The notes under the pieces: generated by a model
Database searches by the model: none
Told to the model about the DNA's origin: nothing
Seen by the model: the letters and a program-made list of their open reading frames with translations, nothing else
In this document: positions 27,360-38,209 of the stretch, piece by piece
How positions within the stretch are numbered: the stretch's first letter is position 1
Layout: every line of letters starts with the position of its first letter
Translations under genes and position numbers: made by a program
Assembly: GCA_965250285.1 (NCBI GenBank)
Contig: OZ252299.1
Span: 224,001-288,000, forward strand
DNA from: Myxococcota bacterium
GTDB taxonomy: Bacteria; Myxococcota_A; UBA9160; UBA4427
Reading direction: 5' to 3'
Length of the DNA: 64,000 nucleotides

Positions 27360-28775
27360 ATGTCGGAGCATCCCTCGAGCGCGTCGATTCGAGCACGGCT
27401 CTCGCATCCGATCATCGATGCCGACGGCCACGTGATCGAGTTCATGCCGGCCGTGCGCGATCACCTGATCGAGGTCGGGGGGCGGGCGCTCGCCGACGAG
27501 TTCGATGCGGTGCTGACGGCGCCGGCCCAACTCGCGGCGCTGCCCGAGGCCGAGCGCCGCGCCATGGGCCTCTTCAAGATGACGTGGTGGGCGTATCCGG
27601 CACGCAATGCCCTCGATCGCGCGACGGGCATGTTGCCGGCGTTGCTGTACGAGCGCCTCGACGAGCTCGCCCTCGACTTCGCGGTGCTGTATCCGACGGT
27701 GGGGCTGGCCGCGCTCAGCTTGACGAGTCAGACCGATCTGCGGCGCGCGGCCGTGCGTGCGTTCAATCGCTCGGCGGCCGAGATGTTCGAGCCGTATGCC
27801 GATCGGCTCACACCGGTCGCGATGATCCCGATGGTCGATCCGGGCGAGGCGATGGACGAGCTCGAGTACGCCGTCTTGGAGCTCGGGCTGAAGGCCGTGC
27901 TGCTGAACGGCCTCGTCTACCGACCGCTGGGGCCCGACCTGCCCGGCGGCGCGCGCTGGATCGACGCGTTCGGCGCCGAGAGCCCCTACGACTACGACCC
28001 GGTCTGGGCGAAATGCGTCGAGCTCGGCGTCGCGCCGACGTTCCACTCGAGCGCCATGGGCTGGGGCAGCCGCGTCTCGCAGCGCAGCTACGTGCAGAAC
28101 CACATCGGCAACTTCGCCCAGGCGGGCGAGGCGACGTGTCGCTCGCTGTTCATGCACGGCGTGCCGACGCGCTTCCCGGCGCTGCGCATGGCCTTTCTCG
28201 AGGGAGGTGCGGGCTGGGCGTGCAATCTGTACTCCGACCTCGTCGGACACCTCGAGAAGCGCGGGCCCGAGGGCGTCCGCGCCTACGACCCCGATGCGCT
28301 CGATCGCGATCTGGTCCGCCGACTGTTCGAGCAACACGGTGCACCGCGCTTCAAGAAGCACCTCGACGAGCTCGAGGCGGGCCTGGCGGTGCTCTCGCAG
28401 TCGGGGGATTACGCCGACGAATTCGCCGCGAGCGGCGTGCGATCGGCGGAGGACGTCCGCACGGTGTTCGAGCGCAACTTCCGGTTTGGCTGCGAGGCCG
28501 ACGACCCGATGAACGCCGTCGCATTCGACTCGCGCATCCAGCCGCTCGGTGCGCGCATTCGCGCGATCTTCAGCTCGGACATCGGTCACTGGGACGTGCC
28601 CGACATGGCGGGTGTGGTCGCCGAGGCGTGGGAACTCGTCGACGACGGGCTGCTCAGCGAAGACGACTTTCGCGCCTTCACGTTCGAGAACGCGGCGACC
28701 ATGTGGGCCGAGGCGAACCCGCGCTTCTTCGAGGGCACGTCGGTCGAAGCGCCGGTGGCCGCGCTCGCAGGTTAA
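27360..28775 (+). CDS. Amidohydrolase family protein
   Basis: [49 protein letters not shown]. Confidence 0.85.
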   Translation: MSEHPSSASIRARLSHPIIDADGHVIEFMPAVRDHLIEVGGRALADEFDAVLTAPAQLAALPEAERRAMGLFKMTWWAYPARNALDRATGMLPALLYERLDELALDFAVLYPTVGLAALSLTSQTDLRRAAVRAFNRSAAEMFEPYADRLTPVAMIPMVDPGEAMDELEYAVLELGLKAVLLNGLVYRPLGPDLPGGARWIDAFGAESPYDYDPVWAKCVELGVAPTFHSSAMGWGSRVSQRSYVQNHIGNFAQAGEATCRSLFMHGVPTRFPALRMAFLEGGAGWACNLYSDLVGHLEKRGPEGVRAYDPDALDRDLVRRLFEQHGAPRFKKHLDELEAGLAVLSQSGDYADEFAASGVRSAEDVRTVFERNFRFGCEADDPMNAVAFDSRIQPLGARIRAIFSSDIGHWDVPDMAGVVAEAWELVDDGLLSEDDFRAFTFENAATMWAEANPRFFEGTSVEAPVAALAG

Positions 28776-30697
28776 CCCGAGGGTTGGATCCAGATCGCCG
28801 AAGTCACCGCCCGCTCCTGGATCGACGTGGGCTCGGGTGCCTCGACGCCGAGCGTCTTCGCGTCGTACGTGCTGTATCGCGGCGTCGGGATCTCGATCAC
28901 GCGGGCGTAGTAGAGCGCGTGCTCGCCGGGGTCGTAGGTCGGGTCGATCCAAACCGCACTCAGCTCGGTGGCCCCGATGTCGTTCGTGTAGCTGGCTTCG
29001 GCGACGTCGACGGTGTTGCCGACGGGCGCGAGGGGGCCGTCGCCACTGCGCTCGAGCCGGTCGCCGGAAGCGGCCACGTCGAAGACCCGCTCGTGGCTTG
29101 CGCCGTCGGCGTCGACCCACGCCTTGATGATCTGCACGCGGTCGAGATGGGCGCCGATCGGGTCCTTGAGCGTCGAGACCACGAAGGTTGGCGCACCCGA
29201 GGCGCGGGCTTCGAGTGTCCCGCCCATGGGCACGCCGCTCGCGTAGGCGGCTTCGAGCCACGATCCGTCCTGCACGTCGGTCGGCAAATCCCAGCCCCCG
29301 AAGAAGCGCACCTGAATCCGCGGCCCGGATGTCGCGTACGTCTCCTTGCGGCGCATCGCGTCGAAGATCGAGTCGCGGGTGTTCTGCTCGGCCCACACGG
29401 CGATCAAGCCCGCCGCACCGTAGGCCGGCGTCGGCAGCGAATCCTTCGGCATCCACGTCGCGAGCCCGAGGCGCTGGGACGGCGTGCCGTCGAGTAAGGG
29501 CAGCTTGCCGTGGTGGTCGTCCTCTTCGACCGAGGAGCTCGCGTTGTGGCTGTCGCTGCTGGCGATCACGCCGAAGCGATACGGGTCGAAGCCCTCGCGG
29601 TGCGCCAGCTCGAGGCCCGTGCGCAGGGCGTCGCGCGCATAGCTGCCCTTCGGTTGGCTCGGCGGCGCGTCCTGGGTCATGACCGTGTCCATGAGCTCGA
29701 AGTCGGCGAACGCGTCTTCGGGGGAGAGGCTCGGGTGGGTCTCCGACGTGCCCTTGACCTGGAAGATCTCGACCAGGGGCTCGTTGCGCGTGCGCAGCTC
29801 GGCGTAGTCGGGCGAGAGCGGCTCGCCGGCGAACGTCGTGCCCTCGAACATCCGGCCGTCGCTCACGTTGCTGTTGTGCGGGATCGCGAGCACGCGCATC
29901 CCGGCCTCGCGCTGGGCGTCGAGGGTGCGCCAGAGATCCTCGGGGTTCTCCGAGTCGCGTGATGAGAACGGGCGCCCGGGCACGGCGTTCGAGCCGTAGA
30001 TCACATTGCGATGCAGGTTGCGCTCGTTCGGCATCGACGACCATTCGTAGCCGACGAACGTGGTGAAGCGGCCCGGGTCGTTGTGCCGGGCCGCCGCAGC
30101 GATGATCTCTTCCCACGCAGCCTGCGACACCTCGTCGAGCCCATCGAGCCCGAACGCCGCCTCGCGCGTCTCGCTGCTGCCCATCTGCGAGAGGATCGTG
30201 CTCAAGAAGACCCATGTCGTACGCGTGCGACTGCCCGACCGGATCGCGTCGCGTAGATCGCTCGCCTGGTCGGCGGCGTCGCCGGCGAGGTGGCGCGGCA
30301 CACCGAGGTACTCGGCGTGATCGGTGACGGCGCCGAAGTCGAGCGGTCGCTTGGCTCGAATCGGATAGCCGAGCGCGTGCTCGATCGTGCCGCCCTTCAT
30401 GAACGTATACGCGTCGTCGGGCAGCGCGCGCGTGCCCATCGTGAACGCGTCGTACGAGAAGGCCGTGTGGATGTGCAGGTCGCCCCAGAGCAGGTTGCGC
30501 GTCGGGTCGGTCGGCACGGCGGTGCGTTCGGGCGGCGGTGCGGCGGTGGCGGGATCGAAGGTCTCGTCGACCGTCGGATCCTCGAAGCCACCGCAGGCCA
30601 GCGTGGCGATGACCGCTCCGAGCGCGAGGACACGTCGCGCCCGCCGCGGGTGCGTGCGGGTCGAGCGCCGATGTACGGGGCAGACCGCCTCGCTCAT
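28772..30697 (-). CDS. DUF3604 domain protein (PHP-like metallohydrolase fold), probably exported or a lipoprotein
   Basis: [73 protein letters not shown] lipobox-like; ATGA overlap. Confidence 0.85.
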   Translation of the reverse strand: MSEAVCPVHRRSTRTHPRRARRVLALGAVIATLACGGFEDPTVDETFDPATAAPPPERTAVPTDPTRNLLWGDLHIHTAFSYDAFTMGTRALPDDAYTFMKGGTIEHALGYPIRAKRPLDFGAVTDHAEYLGVPRHLAGDAADQASDLRDAIRSGSRTRTTWVFLSTILSQMGSSETREAAFGLDGLDEVSQAAWEEIIAAAARHNDPGRFTTFVGYEWSSMPNERNLHRNVIYGSNAVPGRPFSSRDSENPEDLWRTLDAQREAGMRVLAIPHNSNVSDGRMFEGTTFAGEPLSPDYAELRTRNEPLVEIFQVKGTSETHPSLSPEDAFADFELMDTVMTQDAPPSQPKGSYARDALRTGLELAHREGFDPYRFGVIASSDSHNASSSVEEDDHHGKLPLLDGTPSQRLGLATWMPKDSLPTPAYGAAGLIAVWAEQNTRDSIFDAMRRKETYATSGPRIQVRFFGGWDLPTDVQDGSWLEAAYASGVPMGGTLEARASGAPTFVVSTLKDPIGAHLDRVQIIKAWVDADGASHERVFDVAASGDRLERSGDGPLAPVGNTVDVAEASYTNDIGATELSAVWIDPTYDPGEHALYYARVIEIPTPRYSTYDAKTLGVEAPEPTSIQERAVTSAIWIQPSG

Positions 30698-31587
30698 GCG
30701 TTCAGCTTCGCGACCCGCTCGAGCAGCGGCTGAATCTGATCGGGCTTGCGGCAGAAGACGATCGGGAGCACCTCGACATGGGTGACACCGGCGTCGAGGG
30801 CCGCCTCGAGGCCGCCGAGGGTCGCTTCGAGATCGGGCCCCTTCAATCCCATGACGGGCGGCAGCTGGGCGCGCACCTGCAGCTCGGCCGGGTCGCGCCC
30901 CGCGGCCTCGAACGCCTTGCGCAGCGTCGCCACGCCGTCGGCGAGCTCGGCCGCGCTCTGCGAGATCGGGAGCCAGCCCGCGCCGTACTCGGCGATGCGC
31001 CGGGCGTTCAGCGGCGTCGGCGCGAAGCCGAACCACAGCGGAAGCGGGGTCTGTACGGGCGCCGGTCGCGAGTAGATGCCCTCGAAGCGCACGGTCTCGC
31101 CTTCGTAGCTCGCCGGCGCGTCGCGCCAGAGCGCCAGGCAGGCGCGCACCTGCTCTTCGAGCCGCTTGCCCCTGCGCTCGAAGGGCAGCATCGATGCCTC
31201 GTACTCTTCGCGCTGCCAGCCGGTCCCCAGCCCGAGGTCGAGCCGGCCTCCCGAGATGACGTCGAGTGTGGCCGCCTGCTTCGCGAGGAGCACGGGCGGG
31301 CGCAGCGGCGCGATCAACACGCTGGTCGAGAGACGAATGCGCTGTGTGGCCGCAGCAAAGGCCGAAAGCGCGACGACGGGTTCGTACCAGGGAGCGGGTG
31401 GCGGGAGCGGAAAGTCGCCGTAGGGGTAGCGGTCGGTGCGCTCGCCCATGACGACGTGATCGGTCATCACCATCTGGTCGATGCCGAGGCGGTCGGCCTC
31501 GGCGACGACTTCGATCACTCTCTTGAAGTCGCCGCCATAGAGGTTCTCGATGCCGAAGATGCCGATCGCGGTCTGAAAGGGCTGCAT
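30694..31587 (-). CDS. LLM-class probable F420-dependent oxidoreductase
   Basis: [34 protein letters not shown]. Confidence 0.85.
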   Translation of the reverse strand: MQPFQTAIGIFGIENLYGGDFKRVIEVVAEADRLGIDQMVMTDHVVMGERTDRYPYGDFPLPPPAPWYEPVVALSAFAAATQRIRLSTSVLIAPLRPPVLLAKQAATLDVISGGRLDLGLGTGWQREEYEASMLPFERRGKRLEEQVRACLALWRDAPASYEGETVRFEGIYSRPAPVQTPLPLWFGFAPTPLNARRIAEYGAGWLPISQSAAELADGVATLRKAFEAAGRDPAELQVRAQLPPVMGLKGPDLEATLGGLEAALDAGVTHVEVLPIVFCRKPDQIQPLLERVAKLNA

Positions 31588-31661
31588 GGGTCTCCCGGGT
31601 GGGGGCTGGCGCGCCCCGGTCGGGAGAGGCTATCCCACCTCCTCCGAACTGAGGAGGCGAC

Positions 31662-32141
31662 ATGCCGAGAGACGCCATGCAGGAGACCATCGACTGGGTC
31701 GCGATTCGACGGCTGCACAGCCGCTACGCCGACGTGGTCAACCGGCAAGCGTGGGTCGAGCTGAGCGAGCTCTTTCTCGAAGAGGCCGTCGTGCGCGTCG
31801 AGATGCCGCGACAGGATCCGATCGACGCGGTTGGGCCGGCTGCGCTCGGTGAATTCATCGAGAACGCGGTGGCGCGGTTCGACTGGTTCCAGTTCGTGGT
31901 GCTCGAGGCGCGCATCGAGTGGCCCGAAGGCGGCGCTGAAGACGAGGCGCTGGGTCGCGTCTACATGGTCGAGCTGCGGCAGGATCGAAAGACGGGCCAG
32001 GAGACCAAGGCGTTCGGCCTCTACCAGGATCGCTACCTCAGGGTCGACGCGGGTTGGCGGTTCGCCGAGCGCCGCTTTCAGCCCACCGTCTGGAGCGGTC
32101 GCGATCTCTCGACCCTGCCCTTGCCCGACCTCGACTTTTGA
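31662..32141 (+). CDS. SnoaL/NTF2-like protein
   Basis: [27 protein letters not shown]...WRFAER; GAGGAGG RBS. Confidence 0.8.
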   Translation: MPRDAMQETIDWVAIRRLHSRYADVVNRQAWVELSELFLEEAVVRVEMPRQDPIDAVGPAALGEFIENAVARFDWFQFVVLEARIEWPEGGAEDEALGRVYMVELRQDRKTGQETKAFGLYQDRYLRVDAGWRFAERRFQPTVWSGRDLSTLPLPDLDF

Positions 32142-32153
32142 GCGGAGCGGCGC

Positions 32154-32939
32154 TCAGAGCTCGTTGAAGCCGTCGAGGTAGTGACCGGCGTGGGCGCCGC
32201 AGTCGACGGGCAGGTCGACGCCCGTGCAGTGGTCACTCGCTTCCGACGCGAGGAAGAGAATGGCGCGCGCGATCGACTCGAGCGGCACCTCGCTCGGAAT
32301 CGCCCTGTCCTCGACGTAGGCCTTCGTGCGGTCGATCAAGCCGACCAACTTGTCCATCCACGGACCGTACATCTGCGGGTTGCCGCCCGCCGGGCAGACG
32401 CAGTTCACGCGAATGCCGTCGCGCCCGAGCTCGAGGGCGGCGCTCTTCGTGAGCCCGCGCAGTCCCCACTTGCTCGCGGCGTAGGCGGCGACACCGTTCA
32501 TCCCGAGCAGGCCGTCGACGGAGCTGACGTTGACGATGGCGCCCGACCTCTGGGCCTTCATCGTCGGCACCACCGCGCGAATGCCCAGGTAGGGGCCGAT
32601 GAGGTTCACGTCGACGACCCCTCGCACGTCGTCGACGTCGGCGTGCTCGATCGCGCCCATCGAGAGCCGCGCGGCGTTGTTCACGAGCACGTCGATCCGG
32701 CCATGCTCTTCGACGACCACGTCGACCAGACGGCTCCAGTCGCCCTCACGCGTGACGTCGAGCGCGGCGAAAGACGCGCTTGCGCCGAGGCGCGCTGCGA
32801 CGGCGCGCCCGTCTTCCTCGTTCACGTCCGCGACGATCACGTGGGCGCCCTGGTCGACCATCTGCTCCGCGACCACGGCACCGAGGCCACGGGCGGCGCC
32901 GGTGACGATGGCGACGCGCGGCGCGGGCGCGGGGCTCAT
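32154..32939 (-). CDS. SDR, 3-alpha/20-beta-hydroxysteroid dehydrogenase-like
   Basis: TGAARGLG, LDVT, NNAA, YAASKWGLRGLTK; ATGA overlap with the upstream gene. Confidence 0.85.
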   Translation of the reverse strand: MSPAPAPRVAIVTGAARGLGAVVAEQMVDQGAHVIVADVNEEDGRAVAARLGASASFAALDVTREGDWSRLVDVVVEEHGRIDVLVNNAARLSMGAIEHADVDDVRGVVDVNLIGPYLGIRAVVPTMKAQRSGAIVNVSSVDGLLGMNGVAAYAASKWGLRGLTKSAALELGRDGIRVNCVCPAGGNPQMYGPWMDKLVGLIDRTKAYVEDRAIPSEVPLESIARAILFLASEASDHCTGVDLPVDCGAHAGHYLDGFNEL

Positions 32940-34003
32940 ACGACGTTCTTCGAAGGTGTGTAGGGCAGGTCGAAGGTGTCGATGAGGCCGGGGGCGTGGG
33001 CGCGCACGGCCGGGATCGCGTTGATCACGCGCATCGCAGTGGCCTGGACGCCGCCCGTGTTGTGATCGCCATCCTCGCCGGTGACGAAGCAGTCGAGCTG
33101 GACCGAGGGCGAACCCGTCACGACGCACCGGTGGACGCCAGGGTGACCGACCGGCGGGGCCGGCCAGTGCGGCGCGGCCTCGTCCCGCAGTCGATTCACG
33201 TGCTCGGTCACGATGACCGGGCGACCGTCGACGCAGCCCTCGAGCTCGAAGCGCACGGCTTCGCAGGTCCCCTCTTCGACGCGCATCATCGGCGTCTCGT
33301 AGGTCGTCTCGGCATAGCTGCGCTCGAATCGCTCGACGATCTCGTCGAGCTCGATCCCGAGCTCACGCGCGAGGATCGATACCATGCCGCCCCAGCCGGC
33401 GCGCAGGATGCCCGGCAGCGCGAGCGGCGGCGTGTAGCTCTCGGGGCGTCCGAAGCCGAAGCTGACGCCCGTGAACTCGGGATCTTCATAGGTCGAATAG
33501 TCGACCAGCTCCTGCACCCGCACCTCTTCGACGCGATCCGCGAGCTGCAAGGCGGTGATCGGCAGCACGTCCCCCGAGAAGCCTGGATCGATGCCATTCA
33601 CGTACATGGTGGCGCCGCCCTGCTGACAGGCCTTCTCGAGCGGCTCGCGCATCGACGCGTCGGCGTGGGCGGGATGAATCAGAAAGATCATCGCGGTCGA
33701 CACGACGTCGATGCCCGCTGCGAGAATGCGCTCGAGCTCGGGGATCACCTCGTGCGCACGGGTCTCACCCTTGATGGTGTAGACGACAACGTCGGGTTCG
33801 AGCGCGAGCAAGGCATCGACGTCGTTGGTCGCGAGGATCCCGGTCGGGTCATCGAGGTCGCACAGCGTGGCGGCGTCGACGCCTTGTTTCGCCTCCGAAT
33901 GGGCGTGCACACCGACGAGCTCGAGGTCGGGGTGACGGATGACGTGCTTGAGACTGTGGACGCCGACGTTGCCCGTCCCCCACTGCACGACGCGATGAGG
34001 CAT
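32936..34003 (-). CDS. Dihydrodipicolinate-reductase-like NAD(P)-dependent oxidoreductase (Rv0926c-like / amine dehydrogenase family)
   Basis: VVQWGTGNVG, KQGVDA, NGIDPG, TAMRVINAIPAV..HAPG; 355 aa. Confidence 0.8.
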   Translation of the reverse strand: MPHRVVQWGTGNVGVHSLKHVIRHPDLELVGVHAHSEAKQGVDAATLCDLDDPTGILATNDVDALLALEPDVVVYTIKGETRAHEVIPELERILAAGIDVVSTAMIFLIHPAHADASMREPLEKACQQGGATMYVNGIDPGFSGDVLPITALQLADRVEEVRVQELVDYSTYEDPEFTGVSFGFGRPESYTPPLALPGILRAGWGGMVSILARELGIELDEIVERFERSYAETTYETPMMRVEEGTCEAVRFELEGCVDGRPVIVTEHVNRLRDEAAPHWPAPPVGHPGVHRCVVTGSPSVQLDCFVTGEDGDHNTGGVQATAMRVINAIPAVRAHAPGLIDTFDLPYTPSKNVV

Positions 34004-34138
34004 GCCGAATCTCCTTCGCTGACCTACCGATGAACGCGCAAGGATCGCACGCTTCGCGCGCAGATCGCCATGGCCTCGGTATGCTCTGAAGCCGCGAGCA
34101 TCTCGTTTGTCCAGATTGAGCGAACCAAGGAGTCGAGC

Positions 34139-35206
34139 ATGACGTATCGGGTGATCCAGTGGGCGACGGGGGGCGTCGGCCGCGCCGCCATCGAGGCGAT
34201 CGCTTCGCATCCCGAGCTCGAGCTCGTCGGGTGTTGGGTGCACGGGGAAGCGAAGGAGGGGCGAGACGCGGGCGAGCTGGCCGGGGTCGGGCCCCTCGGC
34301 GTGGCCGCGACGCGCGACGTCGATGCGCTGCTCGCGATGGAAGCTGACTGCGTCATGTATTCACCGGTCGTCGCCGACCGAAAGCTCGTCGTGCGCATGC
34401 TCGAGGCGGGCAAGAACGTGGTCACGCCGCTCGGCTGGTTCTACCCGGGTGACCGGGACGTAGCCGACCTCGAGGCGGCCTGTCGCGCGGGTGGCGTGAC
34501 GCTGCATGGCACGGGGATCCACCCGGGCGGCATTACCGAGCGGCTCCCCCTCGTCATCTCTGCGTTCTCGCGTGCCATCACCCATGTCCGAGCCGAAGAG
34601 TTCTCGGACATCCGGACCTACGGTGCGCCCTTCGTCGTCGGCGAGATCATGCGCTTCGGCAAGACCCCCGAAGAGGCGGCGGCGAGCCCGATGCTCGACG
34701 TGCTCGGGGGTGGGTTCTTCGAATCGATCGACATGGTTGCGACCGCGCTCGGGTTCGATCTCGATGAAGAGCGGCGCACGCGACACGACGTGGCCGTCGC
34801 GACGCGAACGATCGATTCGCCCATCGGTCCGATCGAGCCCGGTCTCGTTGCGGCCCAGAAGTTCACGTGGCAGGCCACCGTTCGAGGCGAGCCCGTCATC
34901 ACGGTCATCACCAACTGGTTCATGGGCGAAGAACACCTCGATCCGGCGTGGTCGTTCGGCGCGGAAGGCGAGCGCTTCGAGGTCGAAGTGACCGGCGATC
35001 CGAGCTCGAAGGTGGTCTTCCACGGCTGGCACCCCGAATCGGTCGCCGCCGGGCTCGAGCGCAACCCGGGCATCGTCGCGACGGCGGTGCACGGCGTGAG
35101 CGCGATCCCGACCGTTTGCGCCGCGGAGCCCGGTCTCCGCACGTACCTCGATCTGGGGATGGTCGCGGGGCGCGCCGCGCCCGAGCTGTCTCGCCAAGGG
35201 GGCTGA
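34139..35206 (+). CDS. Dihydrodipicolinate-reductase-like NAD(P)-dependent oxidoreductase (paralog of the divergent gene)
   Basis: VIQWATGGVG, KEGRDAG, GTGIHPG, TAVHGVSAIPTVCAAEPG; 355 aa; AAGGAG RBS. Confidence 0.8.
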   Translation: MTYRVIQWATGGVGRAAIEAIASHPELELVGCWVHGEAKEGRDAGELAGVGPLGVAATRDVDALLAMEADCVMYSPVVADRKLVVRMLEAGKNVVTPLGWFYPGDRDVADLEAACRAGGVTLHGTGIHPGGITERLPLVISAFSRAITHVRAEEFSDIRTYGAPFVVGEIMRFGKTPEEAAASPMLDVLGGGFFESIDMVATALGFDLDEERRTRHDVAVATRTIDSPIGPIEPGLVAAQKFTWQATVRGEPVITVITNWFMGEEHLDPAWSFGAEGERFEVEVTGDPSSKVVFHGWHPESVAAGLERNPGIVATAVHGVSAIPTVCAAEPGLRTYLDLGMVAGRAAPELSRQGG

Positions 35207-35336
35207 GCCCCCTCGCGGCCTCGCCGCATTCCCCGCTGCGCTGCGACGCGAGGATTCCGCTCGGCTCGGACTCGTTCGTCCTTCGAGCCGGCACCGCGTG
35301 TGGCGCCTGGCTGCCGCTGCCCTCGGCTCGGTCACG

Positions 35337-35364
35337 TCAGGTCGCCCGTCGGATCGACCGATAT
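35337..35364 (+). promoter_or_regulatory. Sigma-28 (FliA)-like promoter
   Basis: TCAGG-N15-ACCGATAT, same spacing as the two other copies, about 60 nt before the ATG at 35424. Confidence 0.35.
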
Positions 35365-35423
35365 CGGGGAGTCGCCCGTGCGCAGCCGGCTGCCCGTCGG
35401 CGAGGGCGTGACGGAGATCGCCC

Positions 35424-36368
35424 ATGTCGTCTCACTCACTCGCTCCCCGCGCGTGCAGCCGCGTCCGCTCGCAGAGCGCGGCACTGGCGCCGGCGGCGCT
35501 CTTCTCCACGCTGACGCTGCTCTTCACCGCGCCGGCGCTCGCCATCGAAGTCATGCGCGTCGAGGTGCAGTTTCTCGATGTGGCGCGGGGCGATGCCTCG
35601 CAGCATGCGATGCTGACCATCGCGCCGCGGCTCCTGCGCGTCGACCAGTACACGAACCTCGAGCATCGAGCCGCCCACACCCTGATCTACCGGGGTGATC
35701 GCGACGTGATCTACAGCATCGACCCCGAAGATCGGCACTACATCGAAGTCGATCGCAGTCTCATCGCCGACTTCGGCATCGAGCTGCAAGCGGCCCGTCG
35801 CGAGATGGAGACGGTCATGCGGCGGCTGCCCGACGATCAGCGCAAGACTGGCGAGCGCATCACCGGGCTCGACGTCCAGGAGGACGACGGCAAAGTGAAA
35901 GCCGCGCTCTGGGTGCGCGATGAAGGCAGCACGGCCAAGCGAATCGGGCGCTCGTGTCGCAAGGTCACGCTCTGGCGGGCCGAGGCGCACGTCGCTTCGG
36001 GGTGCGTCGTGACGTGGAAGTCGATGGGGATCGGCCCGCGTGATCTCGACGTGTTTCGTCAGCTGGCCAACTTTCAGCGCGAGATCATGGGCGCGGGTGG
36101 GCTCACCCCGCTCGAGGTCGTGCCCGATCAGCCGCTGGACATCCTGGTTCAGCTCGACGGGTTTCCGCTCGAGCTGTCTCGTCGCAAGGGCGGCAAGCTC
36201 GTGAGCGCGATTCGCGTGCTGCGGGCCGCGAAGATGCAGGTCTCTGACGCGACGTTCGAAGTGCCGCGTGAGTACGCGATTCGGCCCGGCTTCGAGTTTC
36301 TGATGGGCGACTTGGCCGAGCTGCCCGAGGAGCAGCCGGGCCCGGCCAAGCCGGCGCCGAAACGCTGA
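35424..36368 (+). CDS. Exported hypothetical protein, DUF4412-like
   Basis: Signal peptide ending APALA; IGRSCRK, GFPL, FEVPREY pattern. Confidence 0.55.
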   Translation: MSSHSLAPRACSRVRSQSAALAPAALFSTLTLLFTAPALAIEVMRVEVQFLDVARGDASQHAMLTIAPRLLRVDQYTNLEHRAAHTLIYRGDRDVIYSIDPEDRHYIEVDRSLIADFGIELQAARREMETVMRRLPDDQRKTGERITGLDVQEDDGKVKAALWVRDEGSTAKRIGRSCRKVTLWRAEAHVASGCVVTWKSMGIGPRDLDVFRQLANFQREIMGAGGLTPLEVVPDQPLDILVQLDGFPLELSRRKGGKLVSAIRVLRAAKMQVSDATFEVPREYAIRPGFEFLMGDLAELPEEQPGPAKPAPKR

Positions 36369-36373
36369 ATCGC

Positions 36374-36389
36374 CAGGCCCTTCGGCCTG
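36374..36389 (+). terminator. Hairpin after the stop codon
   Basis: CAGGCC-CTTC-GGCCTG 5 nt after TGA; no U-tract. Confidence 0.3.
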
Positions 36390-36420
36390 AGATCTGGGCG
36401 CAATCCGAGCCGGGCGCGGG

Positions 36421-36490
36421 TGCATCAAGCACTGCGCACCGAGCACCAAGCACTGAACACCGATCGCTGAACACGGATCGCCGAGCGACG
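36421..36490. repeat. Degenerate heptamer tandem repeat (about 10 units)
   Basis: tgcatca agcactg cgcaccg agcacca agcactg aacaccg atcgctg aacacgg atcgccg agcgacg. Confidence 0.6.
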
Positions 36491-36544
36491 ACCGACCGCA
36501 CCCGCGGCCGTCGGTGACCCTGCGCCCGCGCCCCCTTCGTTGCG

Positions 36545-38209
36545 ATGCGGAGGCGCCCGCGCCGGTGCTGCAGGCGGGTCGGGGGTGCAGCATCATCCCG
36601 GGCCACGGTTCTGCCACGCTTGGTTCAGCTGGGAGCAGCGTTGCCCGCAAGAGACGACCCCGAGTCGGTTCCGCTCCGCGGCCGTCGTCCGGATCTCGCC
36701 GACTGGCTCGATCTCGTCGTGCTGCTGCGGCACGACGAGGGGCTGCCCGGCAGCGAGCTGCGACGCCGCGACCGATCGGTCGGCGAGCGCGTGGTGCCGA
36801 CCGGTGCCCCGCCCGAGCGCTGGCTGACCGCCTGGGTCGAGGCGCGGCGCGCGCAGACCTCCGGCCCGGCGGAAGCCCAAGACCCCGCCCTGCCAGGTCA
36901 GCGCACCGCGGATGCGCTGCGCTGGATCTCCGCGGCGCTCGTGCTCGCCGGTCTCTTCTTCGGTGCCACCGCCGCCTGGGGCGCGCTCTCCTTTCAACCG
37001 CAGGGTCGGATCAACGTCGTTGCGGTGCTCGCGCTGCTCGTGTTGTTGCCCACGCTGCTGCTCGTCTTCGCGCTCTTGAACGCGTTGCCCGCGCGCTTGC
37101 GGCGCGCGCTCCCTTTGATCGGAGCCGAGCGCGAGGGTGGGGGGCTGCTGCAACCGGCGCGCTGGGCGCTGCGTGCGCTGCCGCAGTCGGCGCGCGAGAG
37201 CCTCGATGCCGTCTTTGCCCGCGGCGTGTCGGTCGAACGGCTCGCGGCGCCGATCCAGCGCTGGCTGCTGCTCTCGGCGAGTCAGGGCGCGGCGGTCGCG
37301 TTTCAGGTCGGTGCGCTGTCGGCGGCCATCGCGCTCGTCGTGTTCAGCGATCTGTCGTTCGGGTGGAGCACGACACTGCGCGTCGAGCCCGCGACGGCGC
37401 ATGGCATTGCGTCCGCGCTCGCGACACCCTGGGCAGCCCTCTGGCCCGACGCCGTCCCGTCCCTCGCGCTCGTCGAGCAGACGCGTTTCTTTCGGATCGC
37501 GTCGAAGCCGTCGCCCGCCCTCGACCCCGAACTCTTCGGCCAGTGGTGGCGCTTCGTCGTTGCGGCGCTGGTCGTCTACGGGTTGATTCCGCGCGTCGTC
37601 TTCTTCGCCGTGGCGAGCGTGCGCCTGCGCGCGAGCCTGACGCGCGCCACGATCGACGCGCCCGGCGCACGCGGTTTGCTCGAGCGCATGCGGGATCCCC
37701 TGGTCGAGCTCGGGCACGTGGGCCGCGACGAAGCGATCGCGGGCGTCGGTCTCGGGGCGGACGAGACCATCCCGCTCGACTCGTCCCCCTGGCCCGACGC
37801 CCCCGTCGTGGTGAGCTGGTCGGAAGCGATCGAGTCGAGCCCCGGACTCGCCGCCCAGCTGAACGTTGCGAACGAAGGCATCCTCGCGGCGGGCGGGCGA
37901 CTCGCCGCGGCGGCCGATCTCGAAGCGGCGGCCCGCGCGGCCGAACGCGCGCGAGCGGACGACCGGGACGTGGCCGTCGTCGTACGCGGCTTCGAGCCTC
38001 CGGTGCTCGAGGTCGTCGACTTCCTCGTCGAGCTGCGACGGCGGCTCGGCGATGGGCGCACGATCGTGGTGGGCTTGACCCAGGCCGACGACGATCATGC
38101 GCGCGTGTGGCGACGACGCATCGACTCGATCGGTGACCCATGGACGCGCTGTACGCGCGCGCTGCCGTCGTTGGGTGGCGCCCGTTCGGAGGGCGACGGC
38201 GATGTCTGA
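36545..38209 (+). CDS. DUF2868-type membrane protein (true start probably downstream, about 36641)
   Basis: INV, SDLSFGWSTTL, PW..LWPDAVPS, WWRF..VYGLIPR, FEPPVLE. Confidence 0.75.
   Translation: MRRRPRRCCRRVGGAASSRATVLPRLVQLGAALPARDDPESVPLRGRRPDLADWLDLVVLLRHDEGLPGSELRRRDRSVGERVVPTGAPPERWLTAWVEARRAQTSGPAEAQDPALPGQRTADALRWISAALVLAGLFFGATAAWGALSFQPQGRINVVAVLALLVLLPTLLLVFALLNALPARLRRALPLIGAEREGGGLLQPARWALRALPQSARESLDAVFARGVSVERLAAPIQRWLLLSASQGAAVAFQVGALSAAIALVVFSDLSFGWSTTLRVEPATAHGIASALATPWAALWPDAVPSLALVEQTRFFRIASKPSPALDPELFGQWWRFVVAALVVYGLIPRVVFFAVASVRLRASLTRATIDAPGARGLLERMRDPLVELGHVGRDEAIAGVGLGADETIPLDSSPWPDAPVVVSWSEAIESSPGLAAQLNVANEGILAAGGRLAAAADLEAAARAAERARADDRDVAVVVRGFEPPVLEVVDFLVELRRRLGDGRTIVVGLTQADDDHARVWRRRIDSIGDPWTRCTRALPSLGGARSEGDGDV

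Noticed and set aside
36421..36490. Repeat region considered as a CRISPR array
   Set aside because: It has a 7-bp period, no unique spacers and no cas genes nearby.
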